From: an uncultured Actinomycetota bacterium
GTDB lineage: Bacteria > Actinomycetota > Actinomycetes > CAVWCF01
Direction of reading: 5' to 3'
Assembly (NCBI GenBank): GCA_963753435.1
Contig: CAVWCF010000001.1
Coordinates: 1,248,001 to 1,312,000 of the forward strand
Length of the DNA: 64,000 nt
The notes beneath the pieces were generated by a model, which saw nothing but the letters and a program-made list of their open reading frames with translations, ran no database searches and was not told the origin of the DNA. This document shows positions 1 through 8,172 of the stretch, piece by piece; position 1 is the first letter of the stretch; every line of letters starts with the position of its first letter. Made by a program: the position numbers and the translations under genes.

Positions 1-35
1 GTGACCGCCAAGTCCCAGTCAACGAGTTGCGGCAT
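1..35 (-). CDS. 5' fragment of a probable zinc-dependent metalloprotease (Rv3626c-like), running off the window edge
   Basis: Minus strand reads ATG CCG CAA CTC GTT GAC TGG GAC TTG GCG GTC (MPQLVDWDLAV). The VDWxLA N-terminus and the position right after dacB match the conserved dacB-metalloprotease-tilS order. Confidence 0.6.
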   Translation of the reverse strand, partial: MPQLVDWDLAV

Positions 36-53
36 GTGCGGACCGTACGCGGT

Positions 54-1436
54 TCAGCGGCATCCGCACGTGGCCAATGCGGCAGCCACCTGATCGAGGG
101 CATCCCGGGCGGCCAGCGTTGCGCCGGGCGGGACCGCGTCGGCGATCACCGCGAACGCCAGGAGCCGGCCATCCGCGTCGACCACAAGGCCGGCCAGGCT
201 GCTCACGCCGGTCAAGGTGCCCGTCTTGCCGCGGACGAGCCCGGCGCCCGGCTCCGAATCCGTCGTGTCGAACCGTTCGGCCAGCGTTCCGCTGAAGCCG
301 GCGACGGACATCCCGGCTGCGACCGCAGTGGCGTCCGCAGCCGCAACCGTCAGTGTGTCGGTGACCGCCTGCGCCGGCAGCCGGGTGGACCGGGACAGGC
401 CGCTGGCATCGGCGAGCGCGGCACCGGTCACATCAACTCCCAGGCCGGCGACCGTCTGCGTGATGGCCAAGGTCGCGGCGGAACTGGTCCCGGCGGCTCC
501 GGTGGCGATGGCCACGTGCCGACCGAGGGCTTCGGCGTAGTCGTTGTTGCTGGTTTCGAGCATCCGCTCGACCAGCGCCGACAGTTGTGCGGACTCGACG
601 GCAGCCACCTCGGCTGCCTGCGCCGCGTCCGCTGCGCCGCGAGTTGGGGGTCCACTGACGCTCACCCCGGCGCCGGTGAGCGCGGTCGCGAACGCCGCCG
701 CGGCGCGGCCGGCCGGATCGGTCACAACCTCGTCCTCGTCCCGGCTGATGCTGAGCGCCGAAACCGGGGCCACAACCCCGCTGGCGACGTACCCGTCCGG
801 CCACGTTTCGGGGTTGGCGCCGACGAACAGGGAGTCGTCGTAGCGCAACTCGACCGGCCCAGTGATGCCACGAGCGGTGAGCGCGTCGGCCGTGCCGGCA
901 GCCAGTTCGGTGAGCGTGCCGCCGGTCGGGGTGTCCGCAGCGGTCGCCCCGAGTCCGGGGTCACCGCCGCCAACAAGGGTGAGTACCGGCGCCGAGTTCG
1001 GCGGCGTTTGCAGGAGGACCGTCGTCTGGAAGCGGTGCTCCGGCGACAGGGACTGCAAAGCAGCTGTGGCGGTCAGGATCTTCACGACCGAGGCGGAGAT
1101 GAGGGACTGATCCGCGGACGCGCCATAAAGCGAGGTGCCGGTGACGGCGTCCGTCACCGAGACCGAGACGGACTGGCCCAGGTCGGGGTCCGCCAGCAGG
1201 GGGGTGAGCACGGCCGCCAGTCCGGCCGCCGTGGGGAGCGTGGCGGCGTCGCCGACCTGCTGCAGCAACGCTTCGGTGCTTGGGCTCGGGGAAGGCGACG
1301 GCGTGGGTTCGACCCGTTCCGAGTCGTTGTCCCAGGTCCCGGCCCAGAACAACAGGACGGCGGTGATGACGAGCAACACGCCGATCGCCACGAAACGCGT
1401 CCGTGTGGACCAATCCGCGGGGGAGGTAACGCGCAT
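54..1436 (-). CDS. dacB: D-alanyl-D-alanine carboxypeptidase/endopeptidase (PBP4, peptidase S13)
   Basis: SxxK (ASVVK), SNN and KTGTL motifs, DASGLSR motif, N-terminal TM segment, divergent from ppa. Confidence 0.93.
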   Translation of the reverse strand: MRVTSPADWSTRTRFVAIGVLLVITAVLLFWAGTWDNDSERVEPTPSPSPSPSTEALLQQVGDAATLPTAAGLAAVLTPLLADPDLGQSVSVSVTDAVTGTSLYGASADQSLISASVVKILTATAALQSLSPEHRFQTTVLLQTPPNSAPVLTLVGGGDPGLGATAADTPTGGTLTELAAGTADALTARGITGPVELRYDDSLFVGANPETWPDGYVASGVVAPVSALSISRDEDEVVTDPAGRAAAAFATALTGAGVSVSGPPTRGAADAAQAAEVAAVESAQLSALVERMLETSNNDYAEALGRHVAIATGAAGTSSAATLAITQTVAGLGVDVTGAALADASGLSRSTRLPAQAVTDTLTVAAADATAVAAGMSVAGFSGTLAERFDTTDSEPGAGLVRGKTGTLTGVSSLAGLVVDADGRLLAFAVIADAVPPGATLAARDALDQVAAALATCGCR

Positions 1437-1531
1437 GCGCCCTCCTTACGACTCGTGATCAGCGTCCACCGGCGGTACCGGGACCTGCGAACCGGCACAC
1501 TAGGCGGCGCAGCAGCCAGTGAGGAGGGCCG

Positions 1532-2020
1532 GTGGAGTTCGACGTAACGATCGAGATCCCCAAGGGTCAGCGCAACAAGTACGAGGTCGACCACGCGACC
1601 GGACGCATCCGCCTCGACCGGATGCTGTTCACCTCGACCCGCTACCCGGCCGACTACGGCTTCATTGAGGACACCCTGGGTGAGGACGGCGACCCCCTCG
1701 ACGCGCTGGTCCTGCTGGACGAGCCGACGTTCCCGGGGTGCCTGATCTCGTGCCGGGCGATCGGGATGTACCGGATGACCGACGAGAAGGGCGGCGACGA
1801 CAAGGTCCTGTGCGTGCCGGCCGGCGACCCGCGCATGGAGCACCTGCGCGACGTCTACCACGTCGCCGAGTTCGACCGGCTGGAGATCCAGCACTTCTTC
1901 GAGGTCTACAAGGACCTGGAACCGGGCAAGAGCGTCGAGGGCGCCACCTGGGTGGGCCGGGAAGCGGCCGAGGCGGAGATCACCCGGTCCTACGCGCGGG
2001 CGAAGGCAAGCGGCCACTGA
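1532..2020 (+). CDS. ppa: Soluble inorganic pyrophosphatase (family I)
   Basis: EIPKG..NKYE, DGDPLD and DEKGGDDK motifs. GAGGAGG RBS before the GTG. Confidence 0.97.
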   Translation: MEFDVTIEIPKGQRNKYEVDHATGRIRLDRMLFTSTRYPADYGFIEDTLGEDGDPLDALVLLDEPTFPGCLISCRAIGMYRMTDEKGGDDKVLCVPAGDPRMEHLRDVYHVAEFDRLEIQHFFEVYKDLEPGKSVEGATWVGREAAEAEITRSYARAKASGH

Positions 2021-2083
2021 GCACTGCGCTGGACTGTGCGCCGAAATTCCGGCGTAGCGCTAACAGAGCGGCTCTGATCGAGG

Positions 2084-3376
2084 TCAGGGGCGGGCGAAGC
2101 CGAAGAAGCTGGCCCGGTTGACGCTGGAGATCCGGACGTTGGCACCGGTGTAGGGCGCCTCGATCATCTGCCCGTCGCCGATGTACAGGGCCACGTGGTA
2201 GATCGAACCGGCGTCGGTCGGATCGGAGCCGAAGAACACGAGGTCGCCCGGCCGGGCCTGTGAGGTCGGCACCTTCAAGGACTGGGAGTACTGCGCCACC
2301 GACCAGTGCGGCAACGACACCCCGCCGGCCTGCCAGGCCCGCATGGTCAATCCCGAGCAGTCGAACCGGTCCGGCCCGGCGGCAGCCCACTGGTACGGCT
2401 TGCCGATCTGGGCCCGCGCGTACTCGATAGCCGCCTGCGCCCCGCTGGTCGTCCCGGAACTGCTCCCCCCGGTGAGTGGGGGTGACCACGATGGCGCCGG
2501 CGTAGGTCGCTGCCCGTTGCCGCCGACTACCTCCGGCGCAGGAGCGGCCGACCGGCTCGGGGCCGGGGCCGCCCGGGATGCCCGCTCAGCTGCTGCCTGC
2601 GCAGCGGCGCGCTCGGCGGCCTCCTGGCGTTCACGTTCCTGCCGAGCCAACGCGTCGCGGCGTTGCCGCTCAAGTGCGTCCGTTTGTGCCGTCGCCGCCT
2701 CGAGGTCGGCTTCGGCGGAGTTGCGGGTCTGCTCGATGTTGGCCAGCAGTTGTTGCTGGGTGGCCACCCGTGCTTCGGCGTCGGCCTTGGCGGCGCGCAC
2801 GGCTTCGGCAGCGTTCTTCGCCGCGGCGAGCGCATCGGCAGCCTGGCCGTCGAGGATGGAGTTGACGACCTCCTGCACCCGGACCTGATCGAGCACATCG
2901 CTTTGGTGCGAAGCCACTGCTTCCAGCGCGCTGCTGCGCTCAACGAGCGCCTGCGGACCGGTCGAGTCCAGCAGCGCCGACACCTGACCCAGGTCACCGC
3001 CGGCCCGGTACGCCGAAGCCGCAAAGCGGCCTACTCGGTCACGCGCGTCGGATAGTTCCGCCGCTGACGCGGTGGCGCGCGCTTGCGCCGCGGCAGCCGC
3101 GTCTTGGGCTTGCTGCAGTTGCCAGACGGCACCGTTGTAGGCCTCCACCGCCCGCGCGACATCGGCGCTGAGGCGATCCAGTTCGGCGTCGGCGATCGCC
3201 AACTGGGCGTTGGCCCGACCGACCGTGGCCGCGGCCGCCTCGCCGGCGGCCCGGCTCTCGGCGATCTGGGACTCACTCGGAGCGTCCCCGGGTTCAGCCG
3301 CCGCCGGAGCCGCCATGACCCCGACCGCGATCGCGGCCGCCAAGGGGATGACCAGGCGTCGAACTGACGGCTGCAC
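2084..3376 (-). CDS. Secreted NlpC/P60 peptidoglycan endopeptidase with coiled-coil N-terminus (RipA/PcsB-like)
   Basis: Signal peptide ending AAA-EP, long Ala/Glu/Gln coiled coil, GKPYQW..GPDRFDCSGL, and YHVALYIG..MIEAP. The GTG at 3376 has a GGAGG RBS; the ORF track start is 3424. Confidence 0.92.
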   Translation of the reverse strand: MQPSVRRLVIPLAAAIAVGVMAAPAAAEPGDAPSESQIAESRAAGEAAAATVGRANAQLAIADAELDRLSADVARAVEAYNGAVWQLQQAQDAAAAAQARATASAAELSDARDRVGRFAASAYRAGGDLGQVSALLDSTGPQALVERSSALEAVASHQSDVLDQVRVQEVVNSILDGQAADALAAAKNAAEAVRAAKADAEARVATQQQLLANIEQTRNSAEADLEAATAQTDALERQRRDALARQERERQEAAERAAAQAAAERASRAAPAPSRSAAPAPEVVGGNGQRPTPAPSWSPPLTGGSSSGTTSGAQAAIEYARAQIGKPYQWAAAGPDRFDCSGLTMRAWQAGGVSLPHWSVAQYSQSLKVPTSQARPGDLVFFGSDPTDAGSIYHVALYIGDGQMIEAPYTGANVRISSVNRASFFGFARP

Positions 3377-3470
3377 GAACCCTCCGGGGGAAGAGGCCAA
3401 GCGGGACGCCTCACGTATCGGCATCCAACGCCGGAAACGTTAGGAACGACTAGTCCCCCCAGGGAACTCA

Positions 3471-3530
3471 AATCCCACAAGTCACACCTGTTACACGGCG
3501 CGTCCGGACTGACACGCCGGTGCTACACGA
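3471..3530. promoter_or_regulatory. 9-bp-periodic direct repeats (AATCCCACA/AGTCACACC/TGTTACACG, plus TGCTACACG) upstream of the NlpC/P60 gene; candidate response-regulator (MtrA-type) site
   Basis: Repeats are read directly at 3471-3497 and 3521-3529. The regulator assignment is inference. Confidence 0.4.
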
Positions 3531-3579
3531 GTGTGATTTGTGGCTTTGCGGATGCGCTCGGGCCGCCGCGACGAAGGGG

Positions 3580-4674
3580 TCAGACGTCGGTGGGGATCAT
3601 TGACGTGCCGGACTTCATCCGGTCGCGGAAGGAACCGGCCGGGTATTCGCGGTCCTTCAGCTTCTCCATGAACTCCCGCAACGTGCGGGTGCCGTACGGC
3701 GGCGCCAAGTGGCTGACGACGGACCAATACTTGGCCGCTTCCAGATAGAACGCGACGTTCTTCATCCGCGGGTACACCGTGCCGACTCGGCGCATGCGCG
3801 CGATCGTCTTGTCCCAGGACTCCAGGGTCTGCACTTTGAACTGCGGCTCAGTCCCGAGAACGTCGAACATCATCTCGCCGGCGCTGCGCAGCGTCACGAC
3901 GTTGTCCTCGTTCCACGGCCCGCCGACCGGCAGGATGCGTCCGGCCGCGTCGTCGTCGCACAGCGCGTTGACGATGAACTCAGCCAGGTCTTCGCGCGCG
4001 ATCGGGTTGGTGAGGGAGTACTCACCGTGGTCGAAGATGCGGTACGGCTCGCCGTTCTTAACCGAGCCGAAGTTCACCGACAGGTACGGGTAGTAGGCGG
4101 TCGGCCGCACGATCGTGTACGGGATGCGGCCGAAGTGACCGCCGATGAGTTCCCCCTCCACCTGGAGTTTGTAGACCTGCGGCAACAACTCCGGGCGGTA
4201 GACGCCGTAGTCGGAGATGTGCACGAAACGGCGTGCGCCATGAGCCGCCGCGGCGCGGATCCCGTTGGTCACCGCCACGTAGTCGACCTGGCGACACTCC
4301 TCCGGATCGTTCGGCCGCCGCGAGCTCAACAATGAGATCGCACTGCGGATCGGGTACTGCGCGAACGCCGCCTCGATGTCCTCGGCACGAGTTGGGTCAC
4401 CGACAACGACTGGTACGTCCGGCATCCCGTCCACCGACTGCGTCGACCGCGCCAGGACCACCGGCGTGAAGCCGCGGTCCAGCAGCTCGGGCACCAGGGC
4501 CCGGCCGATGTAGCCACTGCCGCCCAGGACGAGCACATGCTCGCCATCGCCGCTGCCGCGACGCCCGGTCGCGTAGGTCTGCTTGACGGGTGAGTCACCG
4601 AAGACCTCGGCGCGCAGTTCGTCCACGCGGCGCTTGGCGGCGACCGGGTCCACCTGGCTGATGGTGCTGAACAT
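3580..4674 (-). CDS. Atypical SDR/NAD(P)H-binding oxidoreductase, divinyl-chlorophyllide 8-vinyl reductase (BciA/DVR)-like
   Basis: GGSGYIG Rossmann motif. VDY, YTIVRPTAYY, VKNGEPY..F..GE, NPI..EDLA.FI, RILPVGGP, KYW and PPYGTRTLREF blocks follow the remembered BciA/DVR layout along the full length. GAGGAGG RBS. Confidence 0.75.
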   Translation of the reverse strand: MFSTISQVDPVAAKRRVDELRAEVFGDSPVKQTYATGRRGSGDGEHVLVLGGSGYIGRALVPELLDRGFTPVVLARSTQSVDGMPDVPVVVGDPTRAEDIEAAFAQYPIRSAISLLSSRRPNDPEECRQVDYVAVTNGIRAAAAHGARRFVHISDYGVYRPELLPQVYKLQVEGELIGGHFGRIPYTIVRPTAYYPYLSVNFGSVKNGEPYRIFDHGEYSLTNPIAREDLAEFIVNALCDDDAAGRILPVGGPWNEDNVVTLRSAGEMMFDVLGTEPQFKVQTLESWDKTIARMRRVGTVYPRMKNVAFYLEAAKYWSVVSHLAPPYGTRTLREFMEKLKDREYPAGSFRDRMKSGTSMIPTDV

Positions 4675-4757
4675 GCAAACGCCTCCTCGGGTGGTGATAT
4701 CGAAGCGGCCCCACTTTGGCGGCGACAGGGACGTTGGACCCGCCGGTCCGTCCGTCG

Positions 4758-6221
4758 CTACTCCACGATGCGAACCACGCCGCCCCGGCGCGGATCGGCC
4801 GCAGCCGTGACCGCCCCGTCCGGATGGCGTTGCACCGCGTGCACACCGCCGAAGTAGAGGTTGCGCTCCTGCCAGACCCGCACCTCGCCGAGGGCCGCCA
4901 ATGCCGACAGTTGCTCGTCCGTGGCACCCGGCTCCACGTTCACCACTCCGTTGGTGGGGTGCGCTCGGGCTGCCGCAATGGCCTCGGGCAACGACATGCC
5001 GCGGTCGGTCAGGTTCACCGTCATCGCCAGCAATGCGGACCGGATCCGCTCGCTGCCGCCGCTGCCGAACCCCACGAGGGAGCCATCGGCGGCGCGGAGC
5101 AGGCTGGGGGCCATCATCGAAGCGATCCGGCTGCTCGGAGTTGCCGTGTGCAGGCCCCCGGGATGCAGGTCCTCCTCGCCGAGCATGTTGTTCAACTGAA
5201 CCCCGAGGCCCGCGGCGTACTGCCCCGATCCCGAGCCGTTCGACGTGGTCATCGCCGCGATCATCCCGGCGGAGTCCACGACACTGACATGGGTGGTACC
5301 GCGAACGGACATTCGCCGCTGCGTGCGGTGCTGCTCGGTAGCCGTGCGAATTGCCGAAACCTGATTGGCCAGGCCGTCGCTGGTGTCAACCGATCCGGGA
5401 CCAAGCAGTCCGATGGCTGAAGTGATGATGCTGCCGCCGAGGGAGGGGGGTGGATTCGTCAGCAGCGATGCCCCGCTGCGGCTTGCCACCAAGGGCCGGC
5501 GCAGGACCACCCGGTACCGCTGCTGGTCGGCGACGGTCAACAGTCCGCCGCCGGCCGTAACCGTTTCAACCGCGGCAAATCGAAATCGGTCCACACCCCG
5601 GGCCGGAGATGCGGCCAGATCGCCGAGGAAGCTGGCATATGCCGGGTTCCGCAACCGGTCACCGGCGACGGGGTAGCGACCTCCTCCGCCAAACAGCGCC
5701 GCACCCTCGTCGGTGCTGGTGAGGATGTCGCCGATCAGGGTGAACACGTGTTCCTGGGCGGCATCCATCACCGCACCAACATCCGCGAGTTGCTGGGCCG
5801 GGCCGACTACGGATGCCAGCGGGATGGCCCCCCACGCCTCATGGGCATGCAGGTAACCGGCCAAGCAGCCAGGTACGGCTACCGAGGCCGGTCCGACGTG
5901 GAACACCTGGTCGGCGCCGAGGAACCTGACGGTGATCGGGACTAGTGGTGCCCCGGAGCCCGGGGGCGCAGCCGGGGTGTTGGTGAAGAAGTCGCTGATC
6001 CAGGTCTCCCCGTCCGGCGTGTGGACCATGAGAAAGCCGCCACCGGCGAGACTGCTCAAACCCGGCTCGGCTACTGGCGCCGCGAAGCCCGCCGCCAGGA
6101 CTGCGTCGACGGCGTTGCCTCCATCGGCCAGCACGGACGCAGCCGCGTCTGCGGTGCCGACGCTGCCAGCGGCCACGGCTGCGCAGCCCGGTTGACCCGA
6201 CGCGTAGGGCACTGAACTCAC
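4758..6221 (-). CDS. Gamma-glutamyltransferase family protein (Ntn hydrolase)
   Basis: GGNAVDA..A, GGGF, VAVPG, autocleavage site GTTHVSVVD, LNNMLGE, SMMAP, GSGGSERI and ADPRRGG. Start estimated at GTG 6221 or 6212. Confidence 0.9.
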   Translation of the reverse strand: MSSVPYASGQPGCAAVAAGSVGTADAAASVLADGGNAVDAVLAAGFAAPVAEPGLSSLAGGGFLMVHTPDGETWISDFFTNTPAAPPGSGAPLVPITVRFLGADQVFHVGPASVAVPGCLAGYLHAHEAWGAIPLASVVGPAQQLADVGAVMDAAQEHVFTLIGDILTSTDEGAALFGGGGRYPVAGDRLRNPAYASFLGDLAASPARGVDRFRFAAVETVTAGGGLLTVADQQRYRVVLRRPLVASRSGASLLTNPPPSLGGSIITSAIGLLGPGSVDTSDGLANQVSAIRTATEQHRTQRRMSVRGTTHVSVVDSAGMIAAMTTSNGSGSGQYAAGLGVQLNNMLGEEDLHPGGLHTATPSSRIASMMAPSLLRAADGSLVGFGSGGSERIRSALLAMTVNLTDRGMSLPEAIAAARAHPTNGVVNVEPGATDEQLSALAALGEVRVWQERNLYFGGVHAVQRHPDGAVTAAADPRRGGVVRIVE

Positions 6222-6312
6222 GACGGACGACGCTAGTCCAGTAGCTGACCAGTGCTGCGTCGAGCATCCGCAAACAACACCTGGCCGACGATCGCGGCCG
6301 AGTCGAGGTTGC

Positions 6313-7116
6313 TCAAGCGCTACTGAATCGCGGGTCCTCAGCCAGCGGTGGCACTGTTCGCGGAGTCGGCGGCAGGCGCAGCAACCGCGGCCGGATCGCG
6401 AACGCCAGCGCGACAACCACGACGACCAGGCTCAGGGTCATCGGCCACGACCACCGGGAGTCCGTCGCTGCACCGTTGATCGCCAGGACGATGGCCACGA
6501 CCGACAATGCGTTCACCAACGTGGTGAAGCCGTGCATCACCTGCTGCTTGGTCCGCAGCAGCACATCCAGGAAATAGATGGTCAAGAAGACCGTCAACAG
6601 CGTAAGCACGATCACCGGGTCGCGGGTGGCGGCGTACAGGGCGCCTACCGACGCCAGCCCGAGGATCGTTTGCACCGCCTCCTTGGGGCCACCGGTCAGG
6701 TAGACCACCGCCAACAGGGCCACCACCGCGCCGACGGCCCACCACATCCAGCCGGTGTCGCCGTAGACGGCCAGCACATTGAGCCCCAGCGCGAGGCCGA
6801 CCAGCGACGTGAACAGCCAGTCCAGCACGCTTGGCGGCACCCCGATCAGATACCACCGGTCAAGAGTGTTCTGCGCGCTCTCGCAGACGCTGGCGACGAT
6901 CATGACCACCGCTGATGCGTAGAGGAGCGCGGGTCGCTCGAAGATCTGGTCCACGAACGCGCGTTGGTCGGCTACGGCCCAGACCAGCAGCAGCGGCGAC
7001 AGAATCGTGAGCACATGAGCGAGCAACACCCAAACAGCTGTGGGGACCGGCAGGTCGATCTCGGACCGCACCCGCTGCCACGGCCGCGCCGCTACCTGTT
7101 GCACCGCTTGCGCCAC
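6313..7116 (-). CDS. Polytopic membrane protein of unknown function
   Basis: About 7-8 hydrophobic segments with polar motifs AHVLT, CESAQNTLDRWY and QVMHGFTT. Start estimated at GTG 7116, just after the AKR stop. Confidence 0.75.
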   Translation of the reverse strand: MAQAVQQVAARPWQRVRSEIDLPVPTAVWVLLAHVLTILSPLLLVWAVADQRAFVDQIFERPALLYASAVVMIVASVCESAQNTLDRWYLIGVPPSVLDWLFTSLVGLALGLNVLAVYGDTGWMWWAVGAVVALLAVVYLTGGPKEAVQTILGLASVGALYAATRDPVIVLTLLTVFLTIYFLDVLLRTKQQVMHGFTTLVNALSVVAIVLAINGAATDSRWSWPMTLSLVVVVVALAFAIRPRLLRLPPTPRTVPPLAEDPRFSSA

Positions 7117-7139
7117 GCCTACCAGGCTACGACGCGGAC

Positions 7140-8129
7140 CTACCAGGCGTAAGCCTCCGGCGCGGGCCCACCGGGTCCGGGGAAGATTTCGTCCAACTGC
7201 TTCAGAACTGCTTCGTCCAACTTGATGTCCAACGCGCGCAGTGATGCCTCCAACTGGGCGTTGTTGCGGGGACCGATGATCGGGCCGGTGACCGCCGGCT
7301 GGTGCAGCAGCCAGGCCAGGCCGACATCTGCCGGATGCTCGCCCAATTCGTCGCAGAGGTTCTCGTACCGCTGGATCTGCTCGCCATGAAGTTCCAGGCC
7401 GCGAGTCGCCATTGCGCCCGCTGACCGGCCTTCCTTCTGCTTGCGCAGGATCCCGCCGAGGAGTCCCCCCGACAGCGGCGACCACGGGATGACACCGAGG
7501 CCGTAGTGCTGTGCCGCTGGCAGCACCTCAAGTTCCACCTGGCGGCGCAGCAGCGAGTAAACCGATTGCTCGCTGATGAGGCCCAGCATCCCGGCGTCGG
7601 CCGCCTCCTGCATGGATGCGATGTGCCACCCCGCGAAGTTGCTGGACCCGAAGTAGGTCACCTTCCCCTGCTGCCGCAGCACGGAGAACGCCTCCCAGAC
7701 CTCCGTCCAGCTGGCTGAGCGGTCCACGTGGTGCATCTGCAGCAGGTCGATGTGGTCGGTCTGCAACCGCTGCAGGGACGCGTCCACCTGACGCCGGATG
7801 TTCAGCGCAGACAGGCCCCGGTCATTGGGCCACGGCTCCGGCTTACCGAAAGGCACCATCGCCTGGTAGCACTTGGTGGCCAGGACAGTCCGTTCCCGGC
7901 GATCGCCGCCCTGCGCGAACCAGCGACCGATCACCTCCTCGGTGAAGCCCGGATGGGTGTGCCCGCCGCCGTAGATATTCGCGGTGTCGACGAAGTTGAT
8001 CCCCAACTCCAGACCGCGGTCGAGCAGCCGGTGCCCGTCCTGTTCGTCGGTGGTCCAGCCGATGTTCATGGTGCCCAGCACCAACCGGGAGACGCGCAGC
8101 CCACTGCGACCAAGGTTCACGTATTCCAT
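7140..8129 (-). CDS. Aldo/keto reductase
   Basis: LGRSGLRVSRLVLGTM, DTANIYG, VLATK, SLQRLQTDHIDL and GVIPWSPL. Confidence 0.95.
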   Translation of the reverse strand: MEYVNLGRSGLRVSRLVLGTMNIGWTTDEQDGHRLLDRGLELGINFVDTANIYGGGHTHPGFTEEVIGRWFAQGGDRRERTVLATKCYQAMVPFGKPEPWPNDRGLSALNIRRQVDASLQRLQTDHIDLLQMHHVDRSASWTEVWEAFSVLRQQGKVTYFGSSNFAGWHIASMQEAADAGMLGLISEQSVYSLLRRQVELEVLPAAQHYGLGVIPWSPLSGGLLGGILRKQKEGRSAGAMATRGLELHGEQIQRYENLCDELGEHPADVGLAWLLHQPAVTGPIIGPRNNAQLEASLRALDIKLDEAVLKQLDEIFPGPGGPAPEAYAW

Positions 8130-8172
8130 GGGGAGGCACCCTCTCGCACGCGATCACTTCGCGCACGAGGGG

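Noticed and set aside
27-1547. 506-aa plus-strand ORF and similar long alternative-frame ORFs (e.g. 8623..10143, 57287..59041)
   Set aside because: These are antisense to well-supported genes, with Arg/Gly/Pro-rich shadow composition.
3380-3580. c-di-AMP (ydaO) riboswitch upstream of the NlpC/P60 gene
   Set aside because: Expected in this context, but the hallmark GAATCC, GGGGAACC and GTCAGCTAAC segments are not visible.
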